DNA from: a virus
IMG/VR virus record: IMGVR_UViG_3300044802_000046
Span: 3,568 to 67,567 of that record
DNA length: 64,000 nucleotides
Direction: 5' to 3' (one strand)
A model generated the notes under the pieces. That model saw only the letters and a program-made list of their open reading frames with translations. It made no database searches and was not told the DNA's origin. Shown one piece after another: positions 9,470-18,018 of the stretch. Made by a program: the position numbers and the translations under genes. The stretch's first letter is position 1, and the number at the start of each line of letters is the position of its first letter.

Positions 9470-9598
9470 TATTAACGTTTATAATATCAAATGGCTGGGA
9501 TTCGGTGCTACTAACTTATCTCTCGCCACAAAACTAAAAGGTAGCAAGCTGGCTAATAAACCCACTGACACCCAGCTATTTTATATTATGTGTTAGCG
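9470..9598 (+). repeat. attC-like hairpin site E2
   Basis: TAAC (9473-9476)-GTTT-ATAATATCAAATGGCTGGG...CCCAGCTATTTTATATTAT-GT-GTTAGCG; 17/19 Watson-Crick stem. Confidence 0.8.
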
Positions 9599-9608
9599 GT
9601 AGTTATTT

Positions 9609-9992
9609 ATGGAACATTTAGAATTTTCTGAAAAATTAAATCAATTAGGCTGTTCATTTAGAAGCACGAATATTGAAAATAAAGTTAAAACTATTGAAAT
9701 ACCCAACACATTTGGAAAATCAGAATTTGTTGAGATTAAGAATTTTCAATGTGAATATGTTGGGCTTAACGCATTTTCAAGACCAACGCCACTTCAAGCT
9801 GTGATAAGCGAAGCAATAGATATTGATAGCTGGAAACATAGTTGGCACAATGAAATAAAACCAGAGAATTATGAAAAATTCAGAGAGATTATTCAGGAGA
9901 AAATGATTAAAAGAGCGGAAGAAATGGACTTTTTATCAACTGTCTATTTTCAATTGCAACATGAAATATCAAATCGGAGTGCGGATTTATAA
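9609..9992 (+). CDS. cassette-2 ORF, hypothetical protein (127 aa)
   Basis: ORF fills the space between E2 and E3. Confidence 0.75.
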   Translation: MEHLEFSEKLNQLGCSFRSTNIENKVKTIEIPNTFGKSEFVEIKNFQCEYVGLNAFSRPTPLQAVISEAIDIDSWKHSWHNEIKPENYEKFREIIQEKMIKRAEEMDFLSTVYFQLQHEISNRSADL

Positions 9993-9996
9993 TTAC

Positions 9997-10086
9997 CACT
10001 AACGATGGGCATAAGAAACGTGGCCTTGCAACCACTTTCAAAATGCCTACCAGCTTTCCGGCCATGTTTTTTATGCCGTGTTATGT
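9997..10086 (+). repeat. attC-like hairpin site E3
   Basis: CACTAAC-GATG-GGCATAAGAAACGTGGCC...GGCCATGTTTTTTATGCC-GT-GTTATGT; 16/18 Watson-Crick plus 2 G.T. Confidence 0.8.
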
Positions 10087-10148
10087 ACTGGCGCATTATC
10101 AGGCACATAGCACACAACGAAGCACGGTAATTTTATTATTTTTTTAGG

Positions 10149-10328
10149 GTGGGTTATTTTTCTTTAAAATTACTTGTCAGTATTGTACAAGATATATCCG
10201 CCATCCTTGGTTTAAAAACTTTAACCTCTTTTTCGAAAAGTGAAAAAATATCATATCCAGCTGCTGCAAAAAGAAAGACTGATAGATTAAAAATAGATAC
10301 TATTGAGTTTATAATTGACAATGAATAA
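10149..10328 (+). pseudogene. 59-aa HTH-like ORF, possibly 5'-truncated
   Basis: GTG-start frame ...LKTLTSFSKSEKISYPAAAKRK...EFIIDNE; stop 2 nt before the next ATG; no in-frame ATG. Confidence 0.45.
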
Positions 10329-10330
10329 TT

Positions 10331-10669
10331 ATGACAAAAATAAAAATGTTTCACATATCTAAAGAGCAAAAAATAATTGCCCTGAAAGAGGAGATGAGGA
10401 AAACCTTCATTACAATACCTGATGGACGAATTAGCCTACTTGACTTATGCGAAAAGGTTGGCATTAAAAACAGGATTACGTACTTCAACTTTATTGAGAA
10501 GAGAGTTGAAAGTAAAAGTAGAACAATTAACAATGACTATAAAGTAGTTAAAACCGTTCACGATCGTGGATTTGTATTTAACAATGGAATTGAAATTAGA
10601 AAGGTTGACAATAACATATTTAACCTATATCCGAGTATTGATATAATTGAAAGAAAAGAACGTAAATAA
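10331..10669 (+). CDS. hypothetical protein
   Basis: 112-aa ORF in operon. Confidence 0.65.
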   Translation: MTKIKMFHISKEQKIIALKEEMRKTFITIPDGRISLLDLCEKVGIKNRITYFNFIEKRVESKSRTINNDYKVVKTVHDRGFVFNNGIEIRKVDNNIFNLYPSIDIIERKERK

Positions 10670-10676
10670 TGAAACC

Positions 10677-10850
10677 ATGAGAAATTTAAAGCAAATTTTA
10701 CACAGACTTTATAGGGTTATAGGATTTTCATTGACCGTAACTTTTGGGACTATAATTATAATACCTGCGTGTGTAGGTTATTACATAATTACCGGGAAGG
10801 ATGTATTGCCAAGAGTGACTGCTCGCATATTTGACTTCTGGGGATTTTAA
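10677..10850 (+). CDS. small membrane protein
   Basis: Hydrophobic segment; ATG 10677. Confidence 0.6.
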   Translation: MRNLKQILHRLYRVIGFSLTVTFGTIIIIPACVGYYIITGKDVLPRVTARIFDFWGF

Positions 10851-10852
10851 TT

Positions 10853-11203
10853 ATGGCAAAAATAGCACAAGGCTGGCAATGTCCAGTATGTTTAACGGTC
10901 CATGCACCGTCAGTAACTCAATGTTCGTGCCAGGGAATCAGCCCTGGCACAACAACTAAAAAGACAAGGGAATTATTTACCCCTCCAGATATTCAAGATG
11001 TCTACTTTTATTGCAAGGAAAGAAAGAATGATGTAGATCCGGATAAGTGGTTCAACTTTTATACAGCTAAGAACTGGATGATCGGTAAAAATAAAATGAA
11101 AGACTGGAAGGCCGCAGTAAGAACTTGGGAAAAGAGTAGTAACTCTTCTGTAGGACAGGATACTAAAATAAGTATAAGATTGCCACAATTTAAAAAACTT
11201 TAG
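10853..11203 (+). CDS. Zn-ribbon plus replisome-organizer/helicase-loader C-terminal domain
   Basis: GWQCPVC..HAP....CSC then FTPP...V..YC.ER...FY....W.IGKNKMKDWKAAVRTWE; directly upstream of DnaB. Confidence 0.75.
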   Translation: MAKIAQGWQCPVCLTVHAPSVTQCSCQGISPGTTTKKTRELFTPPDIQDVYFYCKERKNDVDPDKWFNFYTAKNWMIGKNKMKDWKAAVRTWEKSSNSSVGQDTKISIRLPQFKKL

Positions 11204-11206
11204 AGT

Positions 11207-12658
11207 ATGGATATTAATTTGGGTAAAATACCACCTCAATGCATCGAAATAGAGGAATCTTTACTCGCTGACATTATTGCATTTTCGGATCTATTGGACG
11301 AGGCAGTAGATTTGAAGGTAGAATACTTCTATAAAGATGCGCATCAAAAAATATTCTCCGCTATTCTGGAGCTTAATTCTAGGAATCTCCCAATAGACCT
11401 TATGACAGTTTGTGATCAAATGAGTAAAACAAACACATTGGATGAAGTTGGGGGGAGATATTTCTTAACTCAGCTAATGAGTGTCGGAGCGGTATATCAC
11501 AATATTCCTTTTTTTGTCGCCCTTATTAAGGAAAAGGCTTTTAAGAGAGAGATGATTCGGGTTGGAATGGAGATTGTCAATAAGGCTTATGACGATTTGG
11601 TGGATGTTGAGGATTTAATGAGTGAATCGGTAAATATGGTCGATGCCGCTTCGAATATTGTATCTACTGAATCGGATAGAGATTTATCTTTCCCAAAATT
11701 ACTTAAGAAAGCATCTGATCAAGCCCAACAAAGGGAAATATTGCGTAAAAAAGGAGAGGTTCTTGGGATAAAAACCCCTCTTAAAAAACTAGATCAGTTT
11801 ACCGGAGGATGGAGAGGGGGTGATCTTATAACTATAGGGGCCCGGCCGTCTACTGGTAAAACAGCTCTGGCCGTAGCGATAGCAAAGGAGGATGCGAGGT
11901 GTGGTGGGCACCCCAATTTTTATTCTTTAGAAACTATTGACGTTAAAATAGCGGATAGGATATTTGCCGGAGAAGCCGATGTGAGCTATGATAATTACAC
12001 CATGGGCTTGCTAACTCCAGGAGAATGGGTAAAGCTTTCTAATGCCGAATATAATTTATCTAAAATGGATATAATAATCGACGACGGGTTTGTAGCCTCT
12101 ATAGATACTATAAAAAGTCGATCTAGGAAGCTTAAAAAACAAGGAAGGTGTACCATGATTATCATAGATTACTTACAGCTTGTCAAAGAAAATATTAAAG
12201 GAGGAAATCGAGAGCAGGAAATTTCAACCATAAGCAGGAAGTGCAAACAAATGGCTAAGGAATTAAATGTGCCTGTATTTATTTTGGCTCAATTAAACAG
12301 GAAGGTTGAAGACAGGCAAAGCAGAAGACCGCAGATGAGCGACATTAGAGAGTCAGGATCGGCCGAGCAAGACTCTGATTTAGTGATACTTCCGTATAGA
12401 CCGGCTCAATACGGAATCCTAGAAGACGAAAACGGAAACAGTACTGTGGGCAGAGGGATTTTAATCTTGGCTAAAAATAAAGAGGGTGATACCGGTGATA
12501 TAGATTTTGGTCACAATAAGTCTTTGACTCGAATATTCGATGTTGATGATGATCCTTTGCCTATAATAAGCAAAGAAAAAGCTCATCCGGACACAAACAC
12601 TGCTCCGGGATATTCAATAGAATCAAACAGGGATTTAGAATCAAACGAAGATTTTTAA
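11207..12658 (+). CDS. dnaB: replicative DNA helicase DnaB
   Basis: PPQ.IEIEE N-domain, Walker A GARPSTGKT, IIDYLQL, LAQLNR, SDIRESGSAEQDSD. Confidence 0.97.
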   Translation: MDINLGKIPPQCIEIEESLLADIIAFSDLLDEAVDLKVEYFYKDAHQKIFSAILELNSRNLPIDLMTVCDQMSKTNTLDEVGGRYFLTQLMSVGAVYHNIPFFVALIKEKAFKREMIRVGMEIVNKAYDDLVDVEDLMSESVNMVDAASNIVSTESDRDLSFPKLLKKASDQAQQREILRKKGEVLGIKTPLKKLDQFTGGWRGGDLITIGARPSTGKTALAVAIAKEDARCGGHPNFYSLETIDVKIADRIFAGEADVSYDNYTMGLLTPGEWVKLSNAEYNLSKMDIIIDDGFVASIDTIKSRSRKLKKQGRCTMIIIDYLQLVKENIKGGNREQEISTISRKCKQMAKELNVPVFILAQLNRKVEDRQSRRPQMSDIRESGSAEQDSDLVILPYRPAQYGILEDENGNSTVGRGILILAKNKEGDTGDIDFGHNKSLTRIFDVDDDPLPIISKEKAHPDTNTAPGYSIESNRDLESNEDF

Positions 12659-12660
12659 TT

Positions 12661-13269
12661 ATGGAAACTTTAACTATTGAAACCGTAAAAATAGAGGTGG
12701 CTAAATTTTTTAACCTTCCAGTCGAAAGACTATCGGAAGATACCCGAAAAAAAGAAATTGTAAAGCCGAGACAGATTGCTATGTTTTTATCTAGGGAATT
12801 GAAAATAGGGTCTGATGAGTTTATAGGAAGTAGTTTTAATAGAGATAGGACCTCGGTTGTTCATTCATGTAAAACAGTAGTTTCGGATTGTGCAACAAAT
12901 AAAAAGTATGCCCATGAATTTGAAGAAATAGATGAAAAATTAAAAGTACTATTTAATATCGAGAGATGGAGGCCGATTTATGGGTTCGAAGATTATTACG
13001 AAGCATCTAATTTTGGAAATATAAGGTCGGTAAACAGGGTTATAAATTTAAAAAATGGATTTAAACTTAAACGTAAAGGAAAAATAAGATCATGTTCTAA
13101 TGAAATATGTTTAAATTTTAAAGGTAAAATATTGAGAAGAAATTACTTAAGGTTAATAGCCTCTACCTGGATACCAAATCCTCACAATCTGAGATTTGCA
13201 ATAAAAAAAGACATTCATGGAAATAATCATATAGATAACATAGAATGGTCCGATCGTATGCGAAGTTAA
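12661..13269 (+). CDS. DnaA C-terminal (domain IV) fused to NUMOD4 and a degenerate HNH domain
   Basis: RKKEIVKPRQIAMFL...IG..FNRDRTSVVHS; then ERWRPIYGFEDYYEASNFGNIRS and NNHIDNIEW. Confidence 0.8.
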   Translation: METLTIETVKIEVAKFFNLPVERLSEDTRKKEIVKPRQIAMFLSRELKIGSDEFIGSSFNRDRTSVVHSCKTVVSDCATNKKYAHEFEEIDEKLKVLFNIERWRPIYGFEDYYEASNFGNIRSVNRVINLKNGFKLKRKGKIRSCSNEICLNFKGKILRRNYLRLIASTWIPNPHNLRFAIKKDIHGNNHIDNIEWSDRMRS

Positions 13270-13297
13270 ATAATATATCCCGTATAAACTTATTGAT

Positions 13298-13305
13298 TAA
13301 ATTTG
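13298..13305 (+). promoter_or_regulatory. Bacteroidota -7 promoter element TAAATTTG
   Basis: Matches TAnnTTTG, intergenic, 13 nt before ATG 13319. Confidence 0.6.
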
Positions 13306-13318
13306 TAAAAACAAATAT

Positions 13319-13708
13319 ATGGCAACATTACATACGATTATCATAGAATTTACGGACGATCCAAATACGATCGACAACCATGGACTAGGAACTTACAAGA
13401 CTCTTCCCAATGGAAATAAAATCATCAAGGCGTATATGAAGAATGGAGACTCGTATAACGAAGCGTTCCTTATAAGCTTACACGAACTTATTGAACAAAG
13501 ATTAACCGAAATAAGAGGTATTAAAGAAGAGGATATAGACGCTTTCGATAGAAAAATAGACCAAGAAGGCGGCGTTGCCGATGAGGCTGGCGACGAACCG
13601 AACAGTCCTTACCTCAGAGAACACAGATTTGCCGAAAATATCGAAAGATTAATGGCATACGAAATGGGCGTTAATTGGCAGGAATATTACAATAATTACC
13701 AAGTATAA
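13319..13708 (+). CDS. small zincin-like protein (HExxE + EH)
   Basis: SLHELIE and PYLREHRFAENIER motifs; coupled to the ATP-grasp gene. Confidence 0.6.
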   Translation: MATLHTIIIEFTDDPNTIDNHGLGTYKTLPNGNKIIKAYMKNGDSYNEAFLISLHELIEQRLTEIRGIKEEDIDAFDRKIDQEGGVADEAGDEPNSPYLREHRFAENIERLMAYEMGVNWQEYYNNYQV

Positions 13709-14991
13709 TGGAAAATTTAAAAGATAAAATAGCTGTTGTTGCCGATTGTGGCTTATTTGTAGAGTTAGCGCTCACATTAGCTAAGTCATTTAAAAAAGTA
13801 TATTATTTTACTCCGTGGAATTACGGCGGATTTCCCGACAGGTTACCAGAACTATCCGGAGTGGGATTCTCCGAGATAACTTCTATTGACTATCTATTCA
13901 CTACGAACGATAGAAGCACAGACTACAACTTTGACAAAGTTGACATTTTCATTTTTCCTGAACTTTACTTTTCTGATATTGAAATCCACCTTCGATCGCT
14001 AGGAAAAAGAGTTTGGGGTTCCGCAGATGGACAATGGCTAGAACTCGATAGATACGATTCTAAAAAGATTATGACTAAGAGTGGGATGCCAGTTAATAAA
14101 ACCATTAAGGTAAAGGGGATTTCAAAACTCAAGGATTACCTCAAGGACCATGACGATTTATACGTTAAAATATCTCATTGGAGAGGCTTAGTTGAAAGTT
14201 TCAAGCATGACAATTACAGACTAACCGAGCCTTTATTGACTAACCTTGAAAATGAGCTTGGGGCCATAAAGGAATCCACTGATTTTATCTTGGAGCAACC
14301 AGTAGACTGTATTGTTGAGACGGGGATAGATACATACATAATAGACGGCCAAATACCCGAAAATGTACTATCCGGAATCGAATTAAAAGACCAATGTTAT
14401 GCCGGAAAGATATTTGAATATAATAAATTGCCAAAATCGATAAAGTTATGTACTGATAATCTTGCATGGTATTTTAAAGAAAAGCAATACAGGAATTTTT
14501 ATTCTAATGAAATAAGGATTGATCATAAAAAAGTGCCATATCTAATAGATTTTACGTGCAGAGCTCCTTCGCCACCTATGCCATTAGTATTAAACATGAT
14601 GACTAATTTAGCTCAAGCTATATGGTTCGGTGCAGAAGGGATAATGATTCAACCAAAATATTCTCACGAATACGGAGTTTTACTCATAGGCAACTCCGAC
14701 TTTCTTCGAGAAAATTTTCTTCCCATATACTTCCCTGAAGAGATACGGGATAATGTAAAACTTCGTTTTGGAATGAAGCAAAAAGGGACTTACTATTTAA
14801 TCCCTCAAACAACCCAATCAACAGAAGCAATTGATGTTGTTGCGACCGGGGATTCATTTGAAGAATGCTACAAGAAGATTAGAAAATATGCTGAGCAAAT
14901 AAAAGCTTACGGACTAGTTTTAAATTGCGGCATTTTAGACAAAGTGCAAGAGGAATTAGATAAGTCAAGTAAAATAGGCCTCATATTCTAA
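13708..14991 (+). CDS. PurD-like ATP-grasp ligase
   Basis: VWGS....LELDR..SK, YVK, FILEQ, ETG.D, LIDFTCR...P follow the GAR-synthetase-like ATP-grasp pattern. Confidence 0.75.
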   Translation: MENLKDKIAVVADCGLFVELALTLAKSFKKVYYFTPWNYGGFPDRLPELSGVGFSEITSIDYLFTTNDRSTDYNFDKVDIFIFPELYFSDIEIHLRSLGKRVWGSADGQWLELDRYDSKKIMTKSGMPVNKTIKVKGISKLKDYLKDHDDLYVKISHWRGLVESFKHDNYRLTEPLLTNLENELGAIKESTDFILEQPVDCIVETGIDTYIIDGQIPENVLSGIELKDQCYAGKIFEYNKLPKSIKLCTDNLAWYFKEKQYRNFYSNEIRIDHKKVPYLIDFTCRAPSPPMPLVLNMMTNLAQAIWFGAEGIMIQPKYSHEYGVLLIGNSDFLRENFLPIYFPEEIRDNVKLRFGMKQKGTYYLIPQTTQSTEAIDVVATGDSFEECYKKIRKYAEQIKAYGLVLNCGILDKVQEELDKSSKIGLIF

Positions 14992-15040
14992 ACATGTTTT
15001 ATAACATGCAAAATAATTAGCCATCATCCTTCGTAATATC

Positions 15041-15048
15041 TACCTTTG
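15041..15048 (+). promoter_or_regulatory. -7 promoter element TACCTTTG
   Basis: TAnnTTTG, intergenic, before ATG 15064. Confidence 0.55.
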
Positions 15049-15063
15049 TTAAAACAAATAAGG

Positions 15064-15246
15064 ATGGAATCAATTACTACGGACCTTTGTGTCTATTGTC
15101 TGGATAAGGCTTGCGAAACCCGCAAAACCGAATTGTACGAAGTGGGATTGTGCGAAAAACACAAACATATTACCGATAAAAGTATAAATAAAATAATAGG
15201 AAATATAGACACGTATAGTACTAGTGCAAATAACCATAAAAACTAA
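15064..15246 (+). CDS. small Zn-finger-like protein
   Basis: CVYC...LCEKH. Confidence 0.55.
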   Translation: MESITTDLCVYCLDKACETRKTELYEVGLCEKHKHITDKSINKIIGNIDTYSTSANNHKN

Positions 15247-15249
15247 TCA

Positions 15250-15702
15250 ATGAAAATTTGTACTCATTCAGATTGCAATCGCCCCGTATTCAGTAAAGGC
15301 TTTTGCATATACCATTACAAGAAAAAAAGAACAAGAACTAGTCTAAATAAATTACCTAAAAAGACTGGCGAAGCTGACTTATTTAATAAGATATGGAATA
15401 GTAGGCCACATAAGTCAGAATTGAGCGGTATTTCACTTGAAAGATATGAAGGAACTGAGTATTTCTATTGGATGTTTGCTCATATCCTGGATAAGAAAAA
15501 CTATCCTTTATTTAGACTTGAAGAGGAGAATATAATGATCGTGGAACCGTTTAATGAACATCGATTACTCGACCAAGGATCTTCCGATCAGCGCATTAGT
15601 TTCAATAATAATTCAAAGCGTATCGTTAATTGGGACTTGTTTTATCAGAAAAAGGAGTATTTACTTAAAAAGTATCATGAACATTTAAAACAATTATTAT
15701 GA
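15250..15702 (+). CDS. Zn-finger plus HNH-like (NinG-like) nuclease
   Basis: CTHSDC...FCIYH; FAHIL.K..YP.FRL...NI....EH. Confidence 0.65.
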   Translation: MKICTHSDCNRPVFSKGFCIYHYKKKRTRTSLNKLPKKTGEADLFNKIWNSRPHKSELSGISLERYEGTEYFYWMFAHILDKKNYPLFRLEEENIMIVEPFNEHRLLDQGSSDQRISFNNNSKRIVNWDLFYQKKEYLLKKYHEHLKQLL

Positions 15703-15905
15703 GTAATATAATTAAATATGTAATATTTATTACTGTTTTAACAGTAATAATTGGGATGTTAGTATTATTAATATTTCCATTAATAGATGTGTACAATACA
15801 TGTAAAGTATGCATGATAATACCTATTATTTTCATGTTAATATTTCTGTCGTTTGGATTTGTATTTATTGCTGAAGTCCTTGACTTAGGTAAAAATAAAT
15901 TATAA
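15699..15905 (+). CDS. small two-TM membrane protein
   Basis: Two hydrophobic segments. Confidence 0.55.
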   Translation: MSNIIKYVIFITVLTVIIGMLVLLIFPLIDVYNTCKVCMIIPIIFMLIFLSFGFVFIAEVLDLGKNKL

Positions 15906-16601
15906 TTTAGTGATTAGAATCCCGGCTATAATTCCGATTGCCCCAGCTTTCAAAGTTGTCCAAAGTGTTTTATTGGTCACCGGAGTCTTTTGATACACTT
16001 TCATGGCCGTAGTCTCACTACTCGGATTCAAATTAGTTATTAAGGCGTATGGCTTTCTTTTAAACCATCCGTCTGGTTCACTACCTACAACAATACTGTA
16101 TTCATTGAATATTGAAAGTGAATCTTCAAATATATTTTTACCAAGTTTTATATTTTCATATCTCCATCTACTTGAAATTATCTTCTGGTAGATGGGATAT
16201 ATGAAAGTACTATCGCCTCTATGCTCGACCGTACCGCCTATAACAAGGTTAGTCAATGAGTCCTTGAGTATAGATATAGTTTTATCTCTAAAGGCAATGG
16301 CGACTTCTACTTCCCTTCTTTTTTTACTTTCCGATTTCACCGCGTCCTGGAGTTGTAATATAAGACTGTCGCTAGATTTTAACTGAAGGAAGTATTTATT
16401 ATTACTGGCTTGTAGTACTTCTGATTTTGATACCTGTTGGCCAAGTGAGTTTCGATAAGTAATCATGCTGTCATGGGAAACCTTGTACATATTGTTGATT
16501 TCACTAAGCTTCTTATTGCTACTTATAAGCAAGTGGATTATTATATACAATACAACTCCAATTATTACTATCGCGATAATGCTGTACTTTGAAATCTTCA
16601 T
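15900..16601 (-). CDS. membrane-anchored coiled-coil protein, spanin-like
   Basis: N-terminal TM, coiled coil and C-terminal hydrophobic tail; end of late operon. Confidence 0.55.
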   Translation of the reverse strand: MKISKYSIIAIVIIGVVLYIIIHLLISSNKKLSEINNMYKVSHDSMITYRNSLGQQVSKSEVLQASNNKYFLQLKSSDSLILQLQDAVKSESKKRREVEVAIAFRDKTISILKDSLTNLVIGGTVEHRGDSTFIYPIYQKIISSRWRYENIKLGKNIFEDSLSIFNEYSIVVGSEPDGWFKRKPYALITNLNPSSETTAMKVYQKTPVTNKTLWTTLKAGAIGIIAGILITKL

Positions 16602-16963
16602 TTTCTTTTAATTACAGTCTGGTTTTTATTTGAATTTAATAGGTGATCATACACATTTTGCATTAAAGTATGAGTCTCCTCTTGGCTGTCTATAACTGCA
16701 TCTAATTTTACATGCAATATCGTAAGATCTGTAATATCGGCTTTTCTATCAATCTTATCATGGATATCCTTAAGCTCGGCTTTCTTTATTTGCATGGAGA
16801 ATTTATATAAAAATCCTCCAAATGTAGCCATCGCCCCGTATCCTAAAACTAGAATATGCTCTTTATTCTCCCATCCAATCTTAAATATCAAAGACCAGAT
16901 TATAAAACCCGCAGCGCATCCCGCAAACCATGTTATCATTCCTTGCCAAAAGGATCTTGCCAT
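16598..16963 (-). CDS. holin-like membrane protein
   Basis: Two TMs plus charged coiled tail. Confidence 0.5.
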   Translation of the reverse strand: MARSFWQGMITWFAGCAAGFIIWSLIFKIGWENKEHILVLGYGAMATFGGFLYKFSMQIKKAELKDIHDKIDRKADITDLTILHVKLDAVIDSQEETHTLMQNVYDHLLNSNKNQTVIKRK

Positions 16964-16966
16964 ATG

Positions 16967-17341
16967 CTACTTTTTATAAAAGTCAATAAATAAACTTAGT
17001 AATAATAAAAAGGCAATTGATCCCGCAAAAACATAACCTTGTAATTTCGAAGTGCAATATTTAATCCAATCTGTAGTTTCGGCATTTATAAGCACTACAT
17101 TAAACACCACCATCTCTGCAAAGAAAACTATGATAGACCAGACTAGTAACGAGCTTAATGTACTATAGGTTAAAGGAAGTAACGTAACAAATATCGCCAT
17201 TGGAAGCGAGTACATTATTACATAATAATACGAACGCCAGAAATTTTTATAAATAAATACTTTGTCTGAGTATATCATGTATACTGAGAACAATACAATG
17301 TAAATTATTCCCTCTGCAATTATCTTATCTGTAATTCTCAT
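16967..17341 (-). CDS. four-TM membrane protein
   Basis: Hydrophobicity pattern. Confidence 0.65.
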   Translation of the reverse strand: MRITDKIIAEGIIYIVLFSVYMIYSDKVFIYKNFWRSYYYVIMYSLPMAIFVTLLPLTYSTLSSLLVWSIIVFFAEMVVFNVVLINAETTDWIKYCTSKLQGYVFAGSIAFLLLLSLFIDFYKK

Positions 17342-17646
17342 GGCTTACCTCCGCCTTGTGGAGGATTAGGATCTTGAACTGGCATATCTTCTACTTTTAA
17401 ATTGTTACTTTCTGACTTTTCTGGTTCTTTTACGTCTGGCCCATAATGTCCGTTTTTATTTAAGATAGCTTGATGAGCTAAAAAAGATACGAGGGCGAAA
17501 CCGCATCCCTTTAAAATAAAAACATAGTCAAAATTATGGGACATCAAAGCTTCTTCGAGCAATCCGGCTGCATATGTAATAACTGAAATAACAGCAGCCT
17601 TGACGAAGTCCCAAACATTTAACCATAAAAATTTTGAATGCTTCAT
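17338..17646 (-). CDS. holin-like protein
   Basis: SKFLWLNVWDFVKA start, two TMs, N..G after TM2; ATG 17646. Confidence 0.6.
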   Translation of the reverse strand: MKHSKFLWLNVWDFVKAAVISVITYAAGLLEEALMSHNFDYVFILKGCGFALVSFLAHQAILNKNGHYGPDVKEPEKSESNNLKVEDMPVQDPNPPQGGGKP

Positions 17647-17650
17647 ATAT

Positions 17651-17977
17651 TTACCATTTTGGTGTACAATATCCAATTAATGTTGATCGAAGGGTTGCGG
17701 CATCAGCTATGGCGACCGTCGGCGATGCGGATAAGGCCCAGCTTGCGGGAACAAGTTCTATAATTGAGTTATTTTTCATAGAATTGTCGATTTGGGTAAT
17801 GGTATTTATAATAACCATTCCGGTTCCTTCATTCGAGGTTGTATTGTAATGCGAAACAATGGCCGTGATATTAATCTTTGGAATATCATAGGTTGACATT
17901 AAATTACCTGTAGTCTGGCTATACATATCAAATGTTATATAGCCTGTATTATTCGTGATAACATTAAGTTTTGCCAT
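17651..17977 (-). CDS. hypothetical protein, possibly virion-associated
   Basis: 108-aa ORF with upstream TAACTTTG. Confidence 0.65.
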   Translation of the reverse strand: MAKLNVITNNTGYITFDMYSQTTGNLMSTYDIPKINITAIVSHYNTTSNEGTGMVIINTITQIDNSMKNNSIIELVPASWALSASPTVAIADAATLRSTLIGYCTPKW

Positions 17978-17994
17978 CTCTTTATTTATTTTTA

Positions 17995-18002
17995 CAAAGT
18001 TA
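17995..18002 (-). promoter_or_regulatory. -7 promoter element TAACTTTG
   Basis: Intergenic, before ATG 17977. Confidence 0.55.
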
Positions 18003-18018
18003 ACTTATTTTTTAATAG

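Larger units (their letters stand above)
9238..10080 (+). mobile_element. putative two-cassette integron-like array with no integrase in the window
   Basis: Site-ORF-site-ORF-site layout; cassettes 9238-9592 and 9593-10080 if crossover is at G|TT. Confidence 0.6.

Noticed and set aside
9113-10086. Hairpins as simple intrinsic terminators or tRNAs
   Set aside because: Long interiors, no T-tract after the stems, no cloverleaf or TTCGA arm; shared TAAC/GTTA boxes and staggered arms are not explained by termination.
13708-14991. Auxiliary metabolic gene purD
   Set aside because: Lacks the GxGGREH and PVVIKADGLAAGKGV signatures; only the fold-level pattern matches.
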